From positions 31,794,883 through 31,858,882 of the forward strand of contig NC_057719.1 in assembly GCF_004010195.1 (NCBI RefSeq): a stretch of 64,000 nucleotides of DNA, given 5' to 3'. Every line of letters begins with the position of its first letter. The stretch's first letter is position 1. The translations under genes and the position numbers were made by a program. Below the pieces are notes generated by a model that saw only the letters and a program-made list of their open reading frames with translations, did not search any database and was not told the origin of the DNA. Below, one piece after another: positions 12,229 through 24,403 of this stretch. The stretch is from Chiloscyllium plagiosum (lineage: Eukaryota).

Positions 12229-12919
12229 GAATTTGAAAAGATTGCTTGATGTGACAAAGGCTGATATTTCTTTAGTTATGTGTGCTAAAGGTACTTGCCA
12301 TTAATCCTTTTAAAAATCTGATTTGGTAATAAATCTGCACTGCTAAATTTATTATAAACAGACTCTCAAGTGAGGAGTTGGTTGCCTGCTTTTGTTATTG
12401 CATTGATCTTCCTGTGGTCTATGCAGAATCCGTTGAACCATCAGACTTAGGCACGTAAACTACTGGGGAACTCAAACAGCTTTGACTGGGTTCAAATAGG
12501 TGACTTGCTAACATGTATTGGATTTCTGCTTGCACCCTAGCCTGTTTCTCTGATCTTAGTTTTAAAGATGCTGTTTTGCAGGAGAAGATTCTCCCGCACC
12601 CACATCACGTATGGCTGAAGTTTCAAACCCTGGTTTGAAACTACAGACTGCTTCAAGTTTGACCAGTAACCCTGTAAAGTCTTTCATTCTTCTGCTTCTA
12701 AAGATGAAAACGTGGTATCTAACTTTTCTAATAGTTCAGTGATAGCTAATCAATAGAGAGAGGTTCAGTTTGGGAATTGTCTGGGCATCTCTTTGCCTCA
12801 TCTTTACTGCTTGTTCATCCACTAAAGTCCATACAACATGACACGTCTATGCTGGCTTATCCTCCTCCTGATAGTAATATCAATTAAACATAACGATATG
12901 ACATTGTTGATTATTTTAA

Positions 12920-13466
12920 GAGATTACCATTGACCACAAAGGAGCTTGACTAGCCATATAAATATGGTGGCTTCATGTACAAGTCAAAGGCTAGGAATAC
13001 TGCCGGGATCAACTATCCTTTTGACTCCCCAAAACCTGTCCATCATCTACAAGGTACAAGTCAGGAGTGTAATGGACAAAGCATCTCACTTGATTGAAAC
13101 TGCAACCATATTAACTTCCTCCCTCTCTCTACTGGTGGTTCTCAGTAGCATCAGTGTGAACCATCTACAAGATGCTCTGCAGAAATTCACTGAGTCTCAT
13201 TTGACAGCACCATCCAAACTCACAGCCACTACCATCTAGAAGGATAAGGGCAACAGATACATGGGAATAGCACCAGCTGCAAAATCCCCTCCAAATACTC
13301 ACCATCCTGACTTGGAAACATATCACTGTCCATTCAGTGTTGCTGGGTCAAAGTCCTGGAACTCCCTCCCGAATGGCAGATCATAAGTTAGTTCATCACC
13401 ACCTTTTCAAGGGAAACTAATGACGGGCAATTTCAGTGCTGCCCCCATCCTATGAATGGAGAAAAA
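12920..13466 (+). mobile_element. CR1/L2-group LINE 3' fragment (tail shared with SacSINE1-like SINE)
   Basis: LSIIYKVQVRSVM motif; homologous to 63160-63500 and to the reverse complement of 19732-20192. Confidence 0.7.
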
Positions 13467-13547
13467 CAATCTCAAGTTTCACTTGCCCCAGTTGAGGAAT
13501 TAAGAGTTACTTTTCCTGTGCTGACAAGTGTTTAAATTTGAAACATA

Positions 13548-13765
13548 AAAATTGCTGGAAAAGCTCAGCAGGTCTGGCAGCATTTGTGGAGAGAAATCAG
13601 AGTTAACATTTCGGGCCAAGAGACCCCATCTGAGGAAGGGTCACTCAACCCAAAACATTAACTCCAATTCCTCTCCACAAATGCTGCCTGATCTGTTGAG
13701 CTTTTGCAGCAATTTATGTTATTGTTTCTGATTTACAGCCTCACCCTTTCTTTTGGCTTTTATTT
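13548..13765. mobile_element. Fold-back (MER6-like) mini-element with a degenerate hammerhead core at its centre
   Basis: Inverted arms AAATTGCTGGAAAAGCTCAGCAGGTCTGGCAGCATTTGTGGAGAG / CTCTCCACAAATGCTGCCTGATCTGTTGAGCTTTTGCAGCAATTT; centre CTGAGGAAGGGTCACTCAACCCAAAAC. Confidence 0.75.
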
Positions 13766-13940
13766 AGTATCTAACCTTGGTCTCAGGTGCAGAGAGAGTT
13801 ACAGTTTGGTTTGTTCTGCTGTCTGCATTGACCTGCTTGCCCTCATGCATCCCATGTACATACCTCACAATGGAAACACACACACTTTCCACATCACTTT
13901 ACCATCAGCATCTTTCCTTTCGGCCTGCAGAGGAGATCCT

Positions 13941-15310
13941 GTCAGTATGGATTTATGAAGAGGAAATCATGCTTGACTAATCTTCTGGAATGTTTTGAGA
14001 ATGTAACTCTGAAGATGGACGAGGGAGATCCAGTAGTGTAATTCCTCAACTGGGGCAAGTGAAACTTGAGGTTGTTTTTCTCCATTCATAGGATGGGGGC
14101 AGCACTGAAATGTAGTGTACCTGGGCTTTCAGAAAGCTTTTGATAAAGTCCCACATAGGAGGTTAGTGAGCAAAATTATGGCGCATGGTATTGGGGGCAA
14201 AGTACTAACTTGGATTGAAAGTTGTTTGGCTGATAGGAAACAAAGAGTAGTGATAAACGGCTCCATTTTGGAATGGCAGGCAGTGACCAGTGGGGTACTG
14301 CAGGGATCAGTGTTGGAACCGCAGCTTTTTACAATATATGTTAATAATATAGAAGATGGTAGTAGTAATAACATTAGCAAATTTGCTGATGATACTAAGC
14401 TGGGTGGCAGGGTGAAATGTGAGGAGGATGTTAGGAGATTACAGGGTGACCTGGACAAGTTAGGTGAGTGGTCAGATGCATGGCAGATGCAGTTTAATGT
14501 GGATAAATGTATGGTTATCCACTTTGGTGGCAAGAACAGGAAGGCAGATTACTACCTAAATGGAATCAATTTAGGTAAAGGGGCAGTACAGAGAAATCAG
14601 GGAGTTCTTGTACACCAGTCAATGAAGGTAAGCATGCAGGTACAGCAGGTAGTGAAGAAGGCTAATAGCATGCTGGCCTTCATAACAAGAGGGATTGAGT
14701 ATAGAAGCAAAGAGGTTCTTCTGCAGCTGTACAGGGCCCTGGTGAGACCACATCTGGAGTACTGTGTGCAGTTCTGGTCTCCAAATTTGAGGAAAGACAT
14801 TCTGGCTATTGAGGGAGTGCAGCGTAGGTTCACGAGGTCAATTCCTGGTTTGGCGGGACTACCTTACGCTGAAAGACTGGAGCGACTGGGCTTGTATACC
14901 CTTGAGTTTAGAAGACTGAGATCTAGAAGATCTGATTGAGTTATATAAGATTATTAAAGGATTGGACACTCTGGAGGCAGAAACATGTTTCCAATGATGG
15001 GGGAGTGCCGAACCAGAGGACACAGCTTAAAAATACGGGGTAGACCATTTAGGACAGAGATGAGGAGAAATTTCTTCACCCAGAGAGTGGTGGCTGTGTG
15101 GAATGCTCTGCCCCAGAGGGCAGTGGAGGCCCAGTCTCTGGATTCATTCAAGAAAGAGTTGGATAGAGCTCTCAAGGATAGTGGAATCAAGGGTTATGGA
15201 GATAAGGCAGGAACAGGATACTGATTAAGGATGATCAGCCATGATCATATTGAGCAGTGGTGCAGGCTTGAAGGGCAGAATGGCCTACTCCTGCACCTAT
15301 TGTTTATTAC
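13941..15310 (+). mobile_element. CR1 LINE, RT domain to 3' end (pseudogenised)
   Basis: QYGFMKRKSCLTNLL then ORF 14115-14939 FQKAFDKVPH..SGVLQGSVLEP..SKFADDTKL..RPHLEYCVQFWSP; ORF 14985-15224 FFTQRVVAVWNALP. Confidence 0.95.
14039..14111 (-). repeat. 73-bp inverted copy of 13430-13502 inserted in the CR1 RT
   Basis: Reverse-complement match with 1 mismatch; flanked by GTAGTGTA at 14033-14040 and 14112-14119. Confidence 0.92.
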
Positions 15311-15661
15311 TTCCTATCCCTTTGAATCCCTGGCAAACTTTCTTTTCACCCTCCCACCATCTCATTCATGTAGGGGTTATGGAAGAAGGGTTTAGATTTG
15401 TGGACAAGGCCCATCATCATAGACAGTCACAGCTGTCTATCTGGTTGTTGCAACCTTCCAGTTTTCTACGTGAGTGACTACCAATAGAGCGAGTGACTTC
15501 CTAGTTCTTCTAGGACTGTTATTTCCATATGTGAAGCATATGTTGTCTCTCACATTAATGCCCGCATCCAATGGTCTTCACATTCTGCTGCAGAGTTACA
15601 GGATAATGTTATGTAAAATCTAGGATTATTTGCCTGCAATTTATTTATTGTTTTAATTCTA

Positions 15662-15770
15662 GCACTCTTGTTGCACAGTGATAGTGTTCCTCTCTGTAGA
15701 CCAGGAGGCCTGGCTTAAAATCCCACATGCTCCAGCAATGCGTGATAACATCTTTACAGATTGGTTAAAA
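15662..15770 (+). mobile_element. Short tRNA-derived SINE
   Basis: CTCTTGTTGCACAGTGATAGTGTTCC..GGCTTAAAATCCCACATGCTCCAG; same family as 11078-11162. Confidence 0.55.
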
Positions 15771-16244
15771 AAATTGTTTTAATTCTGATGTCTTAGAGGC
15801 TTGGGGGCAGTGCTAAACAAGAAAATCAAGGCTTCTGCTACCTAACAGGTGTGGTCAGCTAATTAACTAACTGGATTTTGTATTTGCAAGTTAGGATAGG
15901 GATCTGAGTCCCACGACTGAGTGCACTGGTACTGAGTGGTCAAACTACAAAGCTTGGTGAAAGGGGAATTTCCCTATTTTCAGCTTTTTGGAAACCACGA
16001 GTTTAAAAACTCAACAATTAGATTGAGCTTTGAAATTATACAAGTGTGACATTGCATAAGCTCATCAATTAGTACTGGAATCCAACATGGGACATGTAGC
16101 AGCTTTGGTCAGTGAGACCAAGTGAGTATTTCAATTGTTCAGTCTTTACAATAAAGAAATTAGTTTAGATTAAACATTGTTGGTATATCTTTATAGTCTT
16201 TTAACCAGAGGAATTAAATAGAAAGAGAATAATTGAAGGATAAG

Positions 16245-16505
16245 TTATCACAAGGCAGCTTAGCCAGGGGGACTACTCCTCCTGTATCAGGTGGGAAGTC
16301 AGGCACGTCTCCAATGTCCAGGATGATTACCTGTGCAGGAAGTGTATCCAGCCGCAGCGAGTGTAAATCAACATTACAGATTTGGAGTGGCGTATGGATT
16401 GGCAGAGGATTATCTGCAAGGCTGAGACAATCGAAGATAGCATATATCGTGAGCTGGTCACATTGCAGGTAAAGAGTGCACAGGTAGAAAAGGAATGGGT
16501 GACCG
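16245..16505 (+). mobile_element. CR1 ORF1 N-terminal zinc-finger relic
   Basis: Translates to SSCIRWEVRHVSNVQDDYLCRKCIQ then AETIEDSIYRELVTLQVK..EWVT, typical of CR1 ORF1. Confidence 0.65.
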
Positions 16506-19084
16506 CTGGTGTAAAAACTGTACACTTGGATCAGCATTGGCAATCTGGCATTATGCCCCACTAGCAATGTAATGGCACAGGAGCCAAAAAGCCATGATTA
16601 TAGATAGCATAGCTTATATTCCATCACAGATATAACCCCATTATCTACCCTGGTTGCAGTTTAATCATCAGACCACACATTTTATCATCTGCAGTTAAAT
16701 GCTCTGTCTAAGAAAACACAAGTCTGTCTGCAATGGTCACTGGATACCTTTCATTCCTGGCAGATGGAATTGGGGTGGAAAACTGTTTCTCCTGCACCCC
16801 CCCATTAATACCAAAGGGCTCTGTAGCAGGGTGCTCTTCCTGAGAAGGGTGCTCCTTTTCCTCTTGGTTGGGGGTTGGGGGGAGGGGGGGGTGGGAGGTG
16901 CAACTGCTGGCCCTGGTCCTCCTGCATATTCTTAGGTAGGCAGCCAATAACCAATATCCACCAATGGCTGGCTGCAGGACTCTCTATATTATTACTATCA
17001 TGAGGGAAAGGTATTCGTAGATCTCAGAAAAATCATTGGAGGAATATGCTGCAATGAGGGCTGCACACACCCCTCCACCCAGTGAGACATGCAGCAACCC
17101 AATAATGAGGGCTGTACCTCCATCATTCATTTAGTTTTAGCCTCAGCATGGGCACCAACTTGGTGAATGTGCCACACTAGCCGAGTGACCAGCATGTTAG
17201 ATTAGAAAGGGAGTGTCTGCTGCATTCCAGCTGCCTTTCCACCTCAGACCCACATCAAACATTCAACATTTCATTGTATTCAGCACAGCTCCTCATTAAA
17301 CTTACATTACAGGTATTAATGCAAAGGTGTGAACGTCCCTTAGAAGTTGCATGGACATTGGGTCACATTTGGCCAGGATTTGCACATTTTAAGTCATTCT
17401 GCCAATGTTGGTATCATTGAGATGGCAATGTTTAATTTGCAAATGAATAGCTTGGGTACAAGTTGCTTTTGAACAGTATCCCACCCCCAAGAACCTTCAC
17501 TCTGCATGACTAACAAATGGGCAATAAAATGATTACAAATTAACTGTACCTTGGAAAAAGCCAATTCATGTATTTGTTCCTTCAACGGGGAGTCTGCTTT
17601 CACTATCAAACTGACACTTGCTCTGCCCGTTGTTGTCCCAGACATTTTGTAGTAGCGCATTGAGAGAACAAAAAGTGATGGAAGGGAATGTAGTTCACGT
17701 TTGATACCGACAGCACTGGGCTCTGCCTGGTGACTGACTGCCCTCAGAGATCCTCTAAATCCCCCTTTACCTCAGACCAACCCGACAACCCATTTCCACA
17801 CACCCCACCAGATCGAACTTCACTTAAAAGTGTGCTCTCTGCCACGGAACCCAAGCATTACATCTTAACAATGCCCATTCTGATTCTCTATGTTCCCACT
17901 CTGGAGTCCACAGTGGTGATAACTGCTCCAAATCTACCCCTCTCCAGTACCCTACAATGTCCTATGATACCATTCTACATGTCTCATACACCTGGAAGTC
18001 CCTTGAGTTGGTCTTTGGGAAATTTATAGCTCTCTTCTGGATATTTTTGATCATTTATGTAAAGATCAAAAGCATTACAGATTACCTAATTCATTACTTA
18101 TTAATATTAATTTTACAAATGGCAAACAAAAGTTTTTAAAGTTCCTTTCTTAGATTCTCCTATTGCTTAATATGAAAAATAGAGTTTCCATGATAGTTAT
18201 AATTCAGTAAATCAATTAGTGCCCGATCCATAACAAACGTTTGCATTCAATTTGTCTTTGGAGGTCTTCGCGCTTTTTTTTAGAAGTACAGTGTTTAGTT
18301 CTAACTCAGATAAGAAATTACTTTAGGATAAACAGTTTTCAATCTTACATCATATAGACAGCAACCCAAAGAGTCAGTTCATAAGCTTGTCAGAACATAA
18401 CACAGCAAAGGGCATAAATGAGACTTGTCTGAAGAAGGCTTATTTAATTTGTGTTCACCTAGATACCAATTCAGGCCTTCAGAAAGGATCCTCTGGGCTA
18501 GGAAAAGGGCCATTCAGTTGATGCCATTTTAGTGAATGGACATAAGTATGAAGGCATAGTTGCAGGTCAATACTAATTGCATGCTTAGGTCTAGCCAACA
18601 CTATTGACAGAGTGAGCAAAGTGAACCAAACCACAAAATCTGTAACAGATTTGACTCTCAGTTATATTAACTTTTCTTTCCTGTTTTTCCCCCTCTATCC
18701 ACTTCCTTTCATTTTTGTATGTTGCTGCTCATTTATTGGATGTGGCTTCTTTAAGAATGCTGCTTTGAGAATTACAGGCTTGGAGATTCAAAATTGTTAA
18801 CTTGTAGTAGCAGGTTTCTACCCATAGGTTGTAGTCACACCAAATGTGTTGATGCCCTGCATCTTTTATTTTGGTGTCTGTTTGAAGAAAGGAAAAAAAA
18901 GGAACCAGTTGCAATCTGGACATGGTTAAGACTTCTTGCTTTTTATAGTATTTTTAAAGCCATATTTTCTTTCAAGCAAACAATGTTTTTAAGAAAAGTC
19001 AAACCTTCATTTTTTTTTAAAAATCACAACTGCATAGTGTCACAATTTTCTGAAGAAAGAGACACATAGTCAACACATTAATAT

Positions 19085-20360
19085 AATCTGTACCAATGAT
19101 TTGGAGGAAGGAAACAAATGCACTGTAGCCAGATTTGCAGACAACACAAAAACAGGTGGAAAGGGTTATAGATTAGAGATATACTGATATGTTAAATAAA
19201 TGGGCAAAAAATTGGCAAATGAAGTATATAGTGGGAAACTGTGAAGTTGTTCCTTTTGGAAGGCAGACCAAAGGTGTAGAGTACTGTTTAAATGGAGAAA
19301 AACTGTGGAAAGCTGCAACATAAAGGGACTGGAGGTAAATGTGCACGAAACACAGAAAACTTGCACACAGTTTGGCATCTTCCTATTTAAGGAAAAATAT
19401 GGTTTCATTGGAGGCAATTCAGAGAAGGTTCATTAGGGTGATTCTTGGTATGGGGAAGTTGTTTGATGAGCAAAGGTTTAATAGACTGGGACTCTACTCA
19501 CTGGAATTCAGAAGGATGAGAGGTGATCTCATTGAAACATATAGCATTCTTAAGGGGCTTAACAAAATAAATACTGAGAGAATGTTTCCCTTCATGGGAG
19601 AGTGTAGGACCAGAGGGCATAATCTCAGAATAAAGGGACCATTGTAAGACTGAGATGTGGGGAAATTTCTTCTGTCAGAGTGTTGTGAATCTTTGGAACT
19701 CCTTGCCATACTCAGCTGTGGAGTAGAGCTCTTTTTTATTCACTTGTGGGAATGTGAGCATTGCTGGCTGGCTAACATTTATTGCCTATCCCTAGTTGCC
19801 CTTAAGGTGGTAATGGTCAGCTGCTTTCTCAAACTACTGCTGTCCACCTTTTTGTGGGTTGACCCACAATGCCATTATAGAGGAAATTCCAGGATTTTGA
19901 CTCAGCAACAGAAAAGGAACTGCACTATATTTCCAAGTCATGATACCGAGTGGCTAGGAGGGAACTTGCAAGTGGTGTTGTTCCCATGCATCCACTGCTA
20001 TTGTCCTTCTAAATGGATGTGGTCATGGATTTGGAATGTGCTAAGGATCTTTGGTGAACTTCTATAGTGTACCTTAAAAAGATAGACACTCAGTAGCACC
20101 AGTGTGTACTATGTTGGAGGGAACAGAGGCTTGTGGATGTGGTTCCAATCAAGCAAGATGCATTGTCCTTGATGTTGTGAAACTTCTTGAGTTTAAGACT
20201 ACAATAAATAGGTTCTTGATTAGTAAGGGAATTAAGGTTTCAGCGAAATGAGAGGAAAGTGGATGTGAGGAATGTCAGATCAGCCATGATCCTATTGAAT
20301 GATAGAGCAGGCTTGAGGGGCTGAATGGCCTACTCTTGTTCCTATTTCTTATGGTCTTAT
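19085..20360 (+). mobile_element. Degraded CR1 LINE, interrupted at 19732-20192
   Basis: ARFADNTK, LEAIQRRFIR..GLYSLEFRRMRGDLIETY..RTRGH; 3' UTR resumes after ~20192 and ends TTCTTATGGTCTTAT. Confidence 0.85.
19732..20192 (-). mobile_element. CR1/L2-group LINE 3' fragment nested in CR1
   Basis: Reverse complement of the 12920-13466 family, starting with the T-rich tail TTTTTTATTCACTTGTGGG. Confidence 0.7.
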
Positions 20361-22995
20361 AGATCAGGAGTCTTGGTTTTGATTGTGTTGGTAACTGCAG
20401 CCTTTTATTTTTAAAGGTAATCCTTGAAGTTTTTTTGTATCTTGATAGACTTTATCTGAAAATAAATAATCTCTGCCTTTTGGCTGTCAATTCCCTAGGA
20501 CATATGTGTACAGGTGTCTGTATCCACAGCAGCTGATGCTTTGTTTTCTTGCTGTACAGGATTGTTATCCAGTTGGTCTTCAATTAGTTTCCCGCATATT
20601 TACCACTGAGATCTTGGAGTCTTTTCACTGTGGATGACCACCATTGTTAGCCATTATCTGTGGCTTGCCTTCAGCAGTTTAGCTTTATCTGATGCAGCAA
20701 TGCTCACCTTATCCCTCATAACAGAAGAAACTATTGATAATGTGATACTGAAGAATTCAGCAGACATTAATTACAACTCACTAGTGTAGCCAAATATTGC
20801 ATTCACAGGTACATCAATGCCTGAGTTCACGATAATTTGTCTGGTTAAAAACAGCAGGGTGGATCGCATGATCCCCAATAACATAGCATCAGAGATCTTT
20901 CTGCCCCTTCAGTCCCATGCTATATTGTAGTGATGAAATCATGTGCATGTCTCATAAAGGTACACTGACATATGGACTGTGAACATAACAACAGCTACAT
21001 CCAGGAAAAATAGCTTCATCTATCTGGCTCCCAGTTATTGATTTATTCTTGATGTCTGTGGGAAAATCCTGGCCAACATGACAGTTATCAGTACATTTTT
21101 GAAAACTTTTAGAAGTTTCTTGATATTTAAGTGGCATCATATTAAACCTTAGCCTTATATATAAGTGGAGATTTGGCCTCTTAGCTCCTAAGTAACTTTA
21201 TTTCGTGGCAGATTCACACTCTGTTTGGTGTCATTTTGATAGAATGGCTCTATTATCCTTGCTTTTAGTTGTAGAGCTATTATACATTGACAGGAGATGG
21301 ACAGGGATGTTTTAATTACAAATCTTCTCATGCTCCAAAAAGAACATAATTATCACCATTCTATAGAAAACTGTCTTGCATTTTGGTTAATCACTAATAG
21401 TATACTATTGAAAAAGGTGAATGTTGTTGAAAAATGCCTAATGGCCTCTATAGTAAATTACTGTCCATGGTGTCATTAAAAACATGAAGTGGAAATGGAA
21501 CTAGCACTTTTATCATTTGCAGAGAGAAGTTTTTTTTTCCATTCCTCTAATAAGGACTTGTGGAAGGAGCAACCATATTTACTGAAGAGAGACCATCAAC
21601 AATAACTACACTCAAAAAAAAATTTCATTATTGTGGAGTATCTTACTATGTCCTGCAGACATGAAAGATTTGATTATAAATCCAATTATTTTTCATCTTA
21701 TGTTATCTTTAATAAAAGTAAGGTCTTAATGCTATTGTCTTCTTAAAAGAAAAAAACAATTCACATCAAGTTTTCAGTGGAAAACGAGTCTCATAAATGT
21801 AAACTCTAGATTATATCGAATGAAGCATTTGAATAGTGTCATTAACCACATGCTTGTACCAACATTTCTTACGGAAGGTGACATATGTGACTAAATTATC
21901 CAATTAGTACATTTTCAGTGAATATAATTAGATCCTTCGCATTTGTTCACTCTGTCATGATGAGGCTCTGGGTTCCAATAAATAGTAGCTTGTGTTTGGG
22001 TAAATTTGCTGTGACAAATGCTTTTTTTTTGTGTATTAGTTCTAATGTTTTGTACTACTGAAAGTTAGACAGGATAGATCACTAGAGAATCTTAAAAGAG
22101 CAGTATGTATTTTACACAAGGTTTAGCTTGTTGCATGATACCTTTAGGTATGCTTAACATCAATTAGTTATTAGTGATGACCACTATGAGAAGCTGGATA
22201 TGCCACATTGTTCAATATCAATACTGTATGTGTGTATCTGTTTTACAGTTTCAAACTTTAAAAAAAATACCCAGGAGCAAACTATTATAAAATCACAATG
22301 GTGCCTTCCACCTTCCAGAGGGTTTCCCCACATTTTGCACATAAGATGGATACTTTCTCCCCGATAAAGTATTGCTTCCCTGCTTTTTACGGCCTAATAC
22401 CTTGTACGAGAAAATGTGCACTATTTTGAAAACAGACTTCTGTGGCTGTTGTCTTAATGACGTCTCCCATGAAAACCATGGTTTATATCCTGAGTGTCCC
22501 AAGCTAAGAGTCTTAAAATTCTATCTTTCTTTGTCGATTAAAGTCCTCTTAAAAATCTTTTATATTTGTCCTTTCATTGATGTAAATAACCTTTGCCTCT
22601 TTGCGGATACTGCAGTCTTGGTATAAAATTACTTTGCTGTATCTACAGTAGCTGTGCCTCAGAGCCTACACAAGACGGTGGCAATTTTCAGTTCGAAGGG
22701 TAAATAGGCCCCTTTCCCTTCTCTCATTCACACCTTGGTCTTTGCATTGTTATTGTTGTATAAAGATTTTTTCCCCTTTTCCTCAAAAATTTCGACCTTT
22801 ACTCTCCGAGTTTTTAATTGCTCACTTAGCATTCTTTTACTCTGTTGCTTTTCAGAATGCCCAGCCTTCACTTTTTTTCCCCAGCACACAGTCTTCACCT
22901 CAGACCTTTAAAAAGCTCAGGGAAAATATTTTTCTGATGAGATACTTTCAACTTGTCTTTTCTCCCATGAGTGCTGCTGACTGTTTGCTTATCCA

Positions 22996-24403
22996 GGAGA
23001 AAAGTGATGACCGCAGATGCTGGAATATCAGAGTCGAGAGTGTGGGCCTGGAAAAGCACAGCAGGTCAGGCAGCATTCGAGGAGCAGGAGAATCGATGTT
23101 TCGGGCATAAGCCCTTCATCAGGAATGAGGCTTGTGAGCCAAAGGGTTACAGAGATAAATGGGACGGGGGTAAGGCTGGGGAGAAGGTAGCTAAGAGTGT
23201 GATAGGTAGATGAAGGTGGGGGTAATGGCGATAGGTTAGAGAGGAGGATGGAGCGGATAGGTGGGATGGAAGATGGACAGGCCATGAGAGCAGTGCCGAG
23301 TTGGAAGGTTGGAACTGGGATAAGGTGGGGGCAGGGAAAATGAGGAAACTAGTGAAATCTACCTTGGGACCCTCCAACCACAAGGTAGAAGATGAAGTGT
23401 TCTTCCTCCAGGTGTCAGATGATTAGAGTTTAGCGATGGAGGAGGCCCAGCACCTGCATATCCTTGGCGGAATGGAAGAGGGAGTTGAAGTGTTTGGCTA
23501 GGAGGCAGTAGGGTTGCTTAGTGAGTGTGTCCTGGAGATGTTCTCTGAAGCGTTCTGCAAGTAGGCGTCCTGTCTCCCCTATATAAAGGGGACGACATTG
23601 GGAGAAACGGATACAGTAAATGATGTGTGGAAGTGCAGGTAAATTTCTGATGGATGTGGAGGGCTCCTTTGGGACCTTGGAAGGAGGTGAGGGGGGAGAT
23701 GTGGGCACAGATTTTGCAATTCTTGCAAGTGGCAGGGGAAGGTGCCAGGAGGGGAGGGTGGGTTGGTGTGGGGTGTGGACCTGACAAGAGAGTTGCAGAG
23801 GGAATGGTCTTTATGGATTGCAAATAGGGGGCAGGAGGGAAATATATCTCTGTTGGTGGGGTCCGTTTGTAGGTGGCGGAAATGGCCGAGGATGATGTGA
23901 TGTATCCGGAGGTTGGTGGGATGGAAGGTGAGGTTCGGGGGGGTTCTGTCCTTGTTGCGGTTGGAGGGGTTCCAGCGTGGAGATGCGGGAAGTGGAAGAG
24001 ATGTGCTGGAGGGCATCAACCACATGGGAGGGGAAACACCTCATCTTCCACCTTGGGACTCGCCAACCACACAGGATCAATGTGGATTTCACCAGTTTCC
24101 TCATTTCCCTTCCCCCCATCTTATCCCAGATCCAACCTTCCAACTTGGCAGCACCCTCTTGACCTGCCCATCTTCCTTCCCACCTATCCACTCCACCCTC
24201 CTCTCTGGCCTATCCCCATTACCCCCACCTTCATCGACCTACTGCACTCTCAGCTACCTTCCCCCCAGCCCTAAACACACCACCACCCTCCCATTAATCT
24301 CTTCACCTCCTTGGCTCACAAGCGTCATTCCTGATGAAGGACTTATGCCTGAAACATTGATTTGTCTGCACCTCGGATGCCGCCTGACCTGTGCTGTGCT
24401 TTC
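22996..24403 (-). mobile_element. 5'-truncated Penelope-like element (family A) with inverted terminal segment
   Basis: ORF 23430-23708 IIYCIRFSQC..LYIGETGRLLAERFREHL..HFN (GIY-YIG); ~24035-24403 is an inverted copy of the 3' end; 16-bp TSD ACTGTTTGCTTAT(C/G)CA at 22980-22995 and 24404-24419. Confidence 0.9.
23091..23126 (-). ncRNA. Minimal hammerhead ribozyme motif in pLTR
   Basis: AUUC-CUGAUGA-A-GGGC(UUAU)GCCC-GAAAC-AUC-GAUU; a more decayed sister copy lies at 24327-24362 (+). Confidence 0.65.

Larger units (their letters stand above)
10305..12905 (-). mobile_element. Highly degraded Gmr1-like Gypsy pol relic (INT end, RT, RNase H), interrupted by a SINE and a CR1
   Basis: Manual minus-strand translation gives CHIVMF..YY (INT C-terminus-like, ~12900), WQVPLAHITKEISAFVT (~12260-12300), QRLMNQV..PNCVICLDDV (YxDD site, ~11170-11230), INIAKTTFAKAKITF / VQALVEFPIP (~10840-10970) and IYTDHNLLTFL (RNase H, ~10440-10475). 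Confidence 0.75.

Noticed and set aside
14129..14833. Long antisense ORFs (also 7647-8114, 25222-25635, 25931-26350, 35796-36266)
   Set aside because: Shadows of TE coding sequence on the opposite strand.
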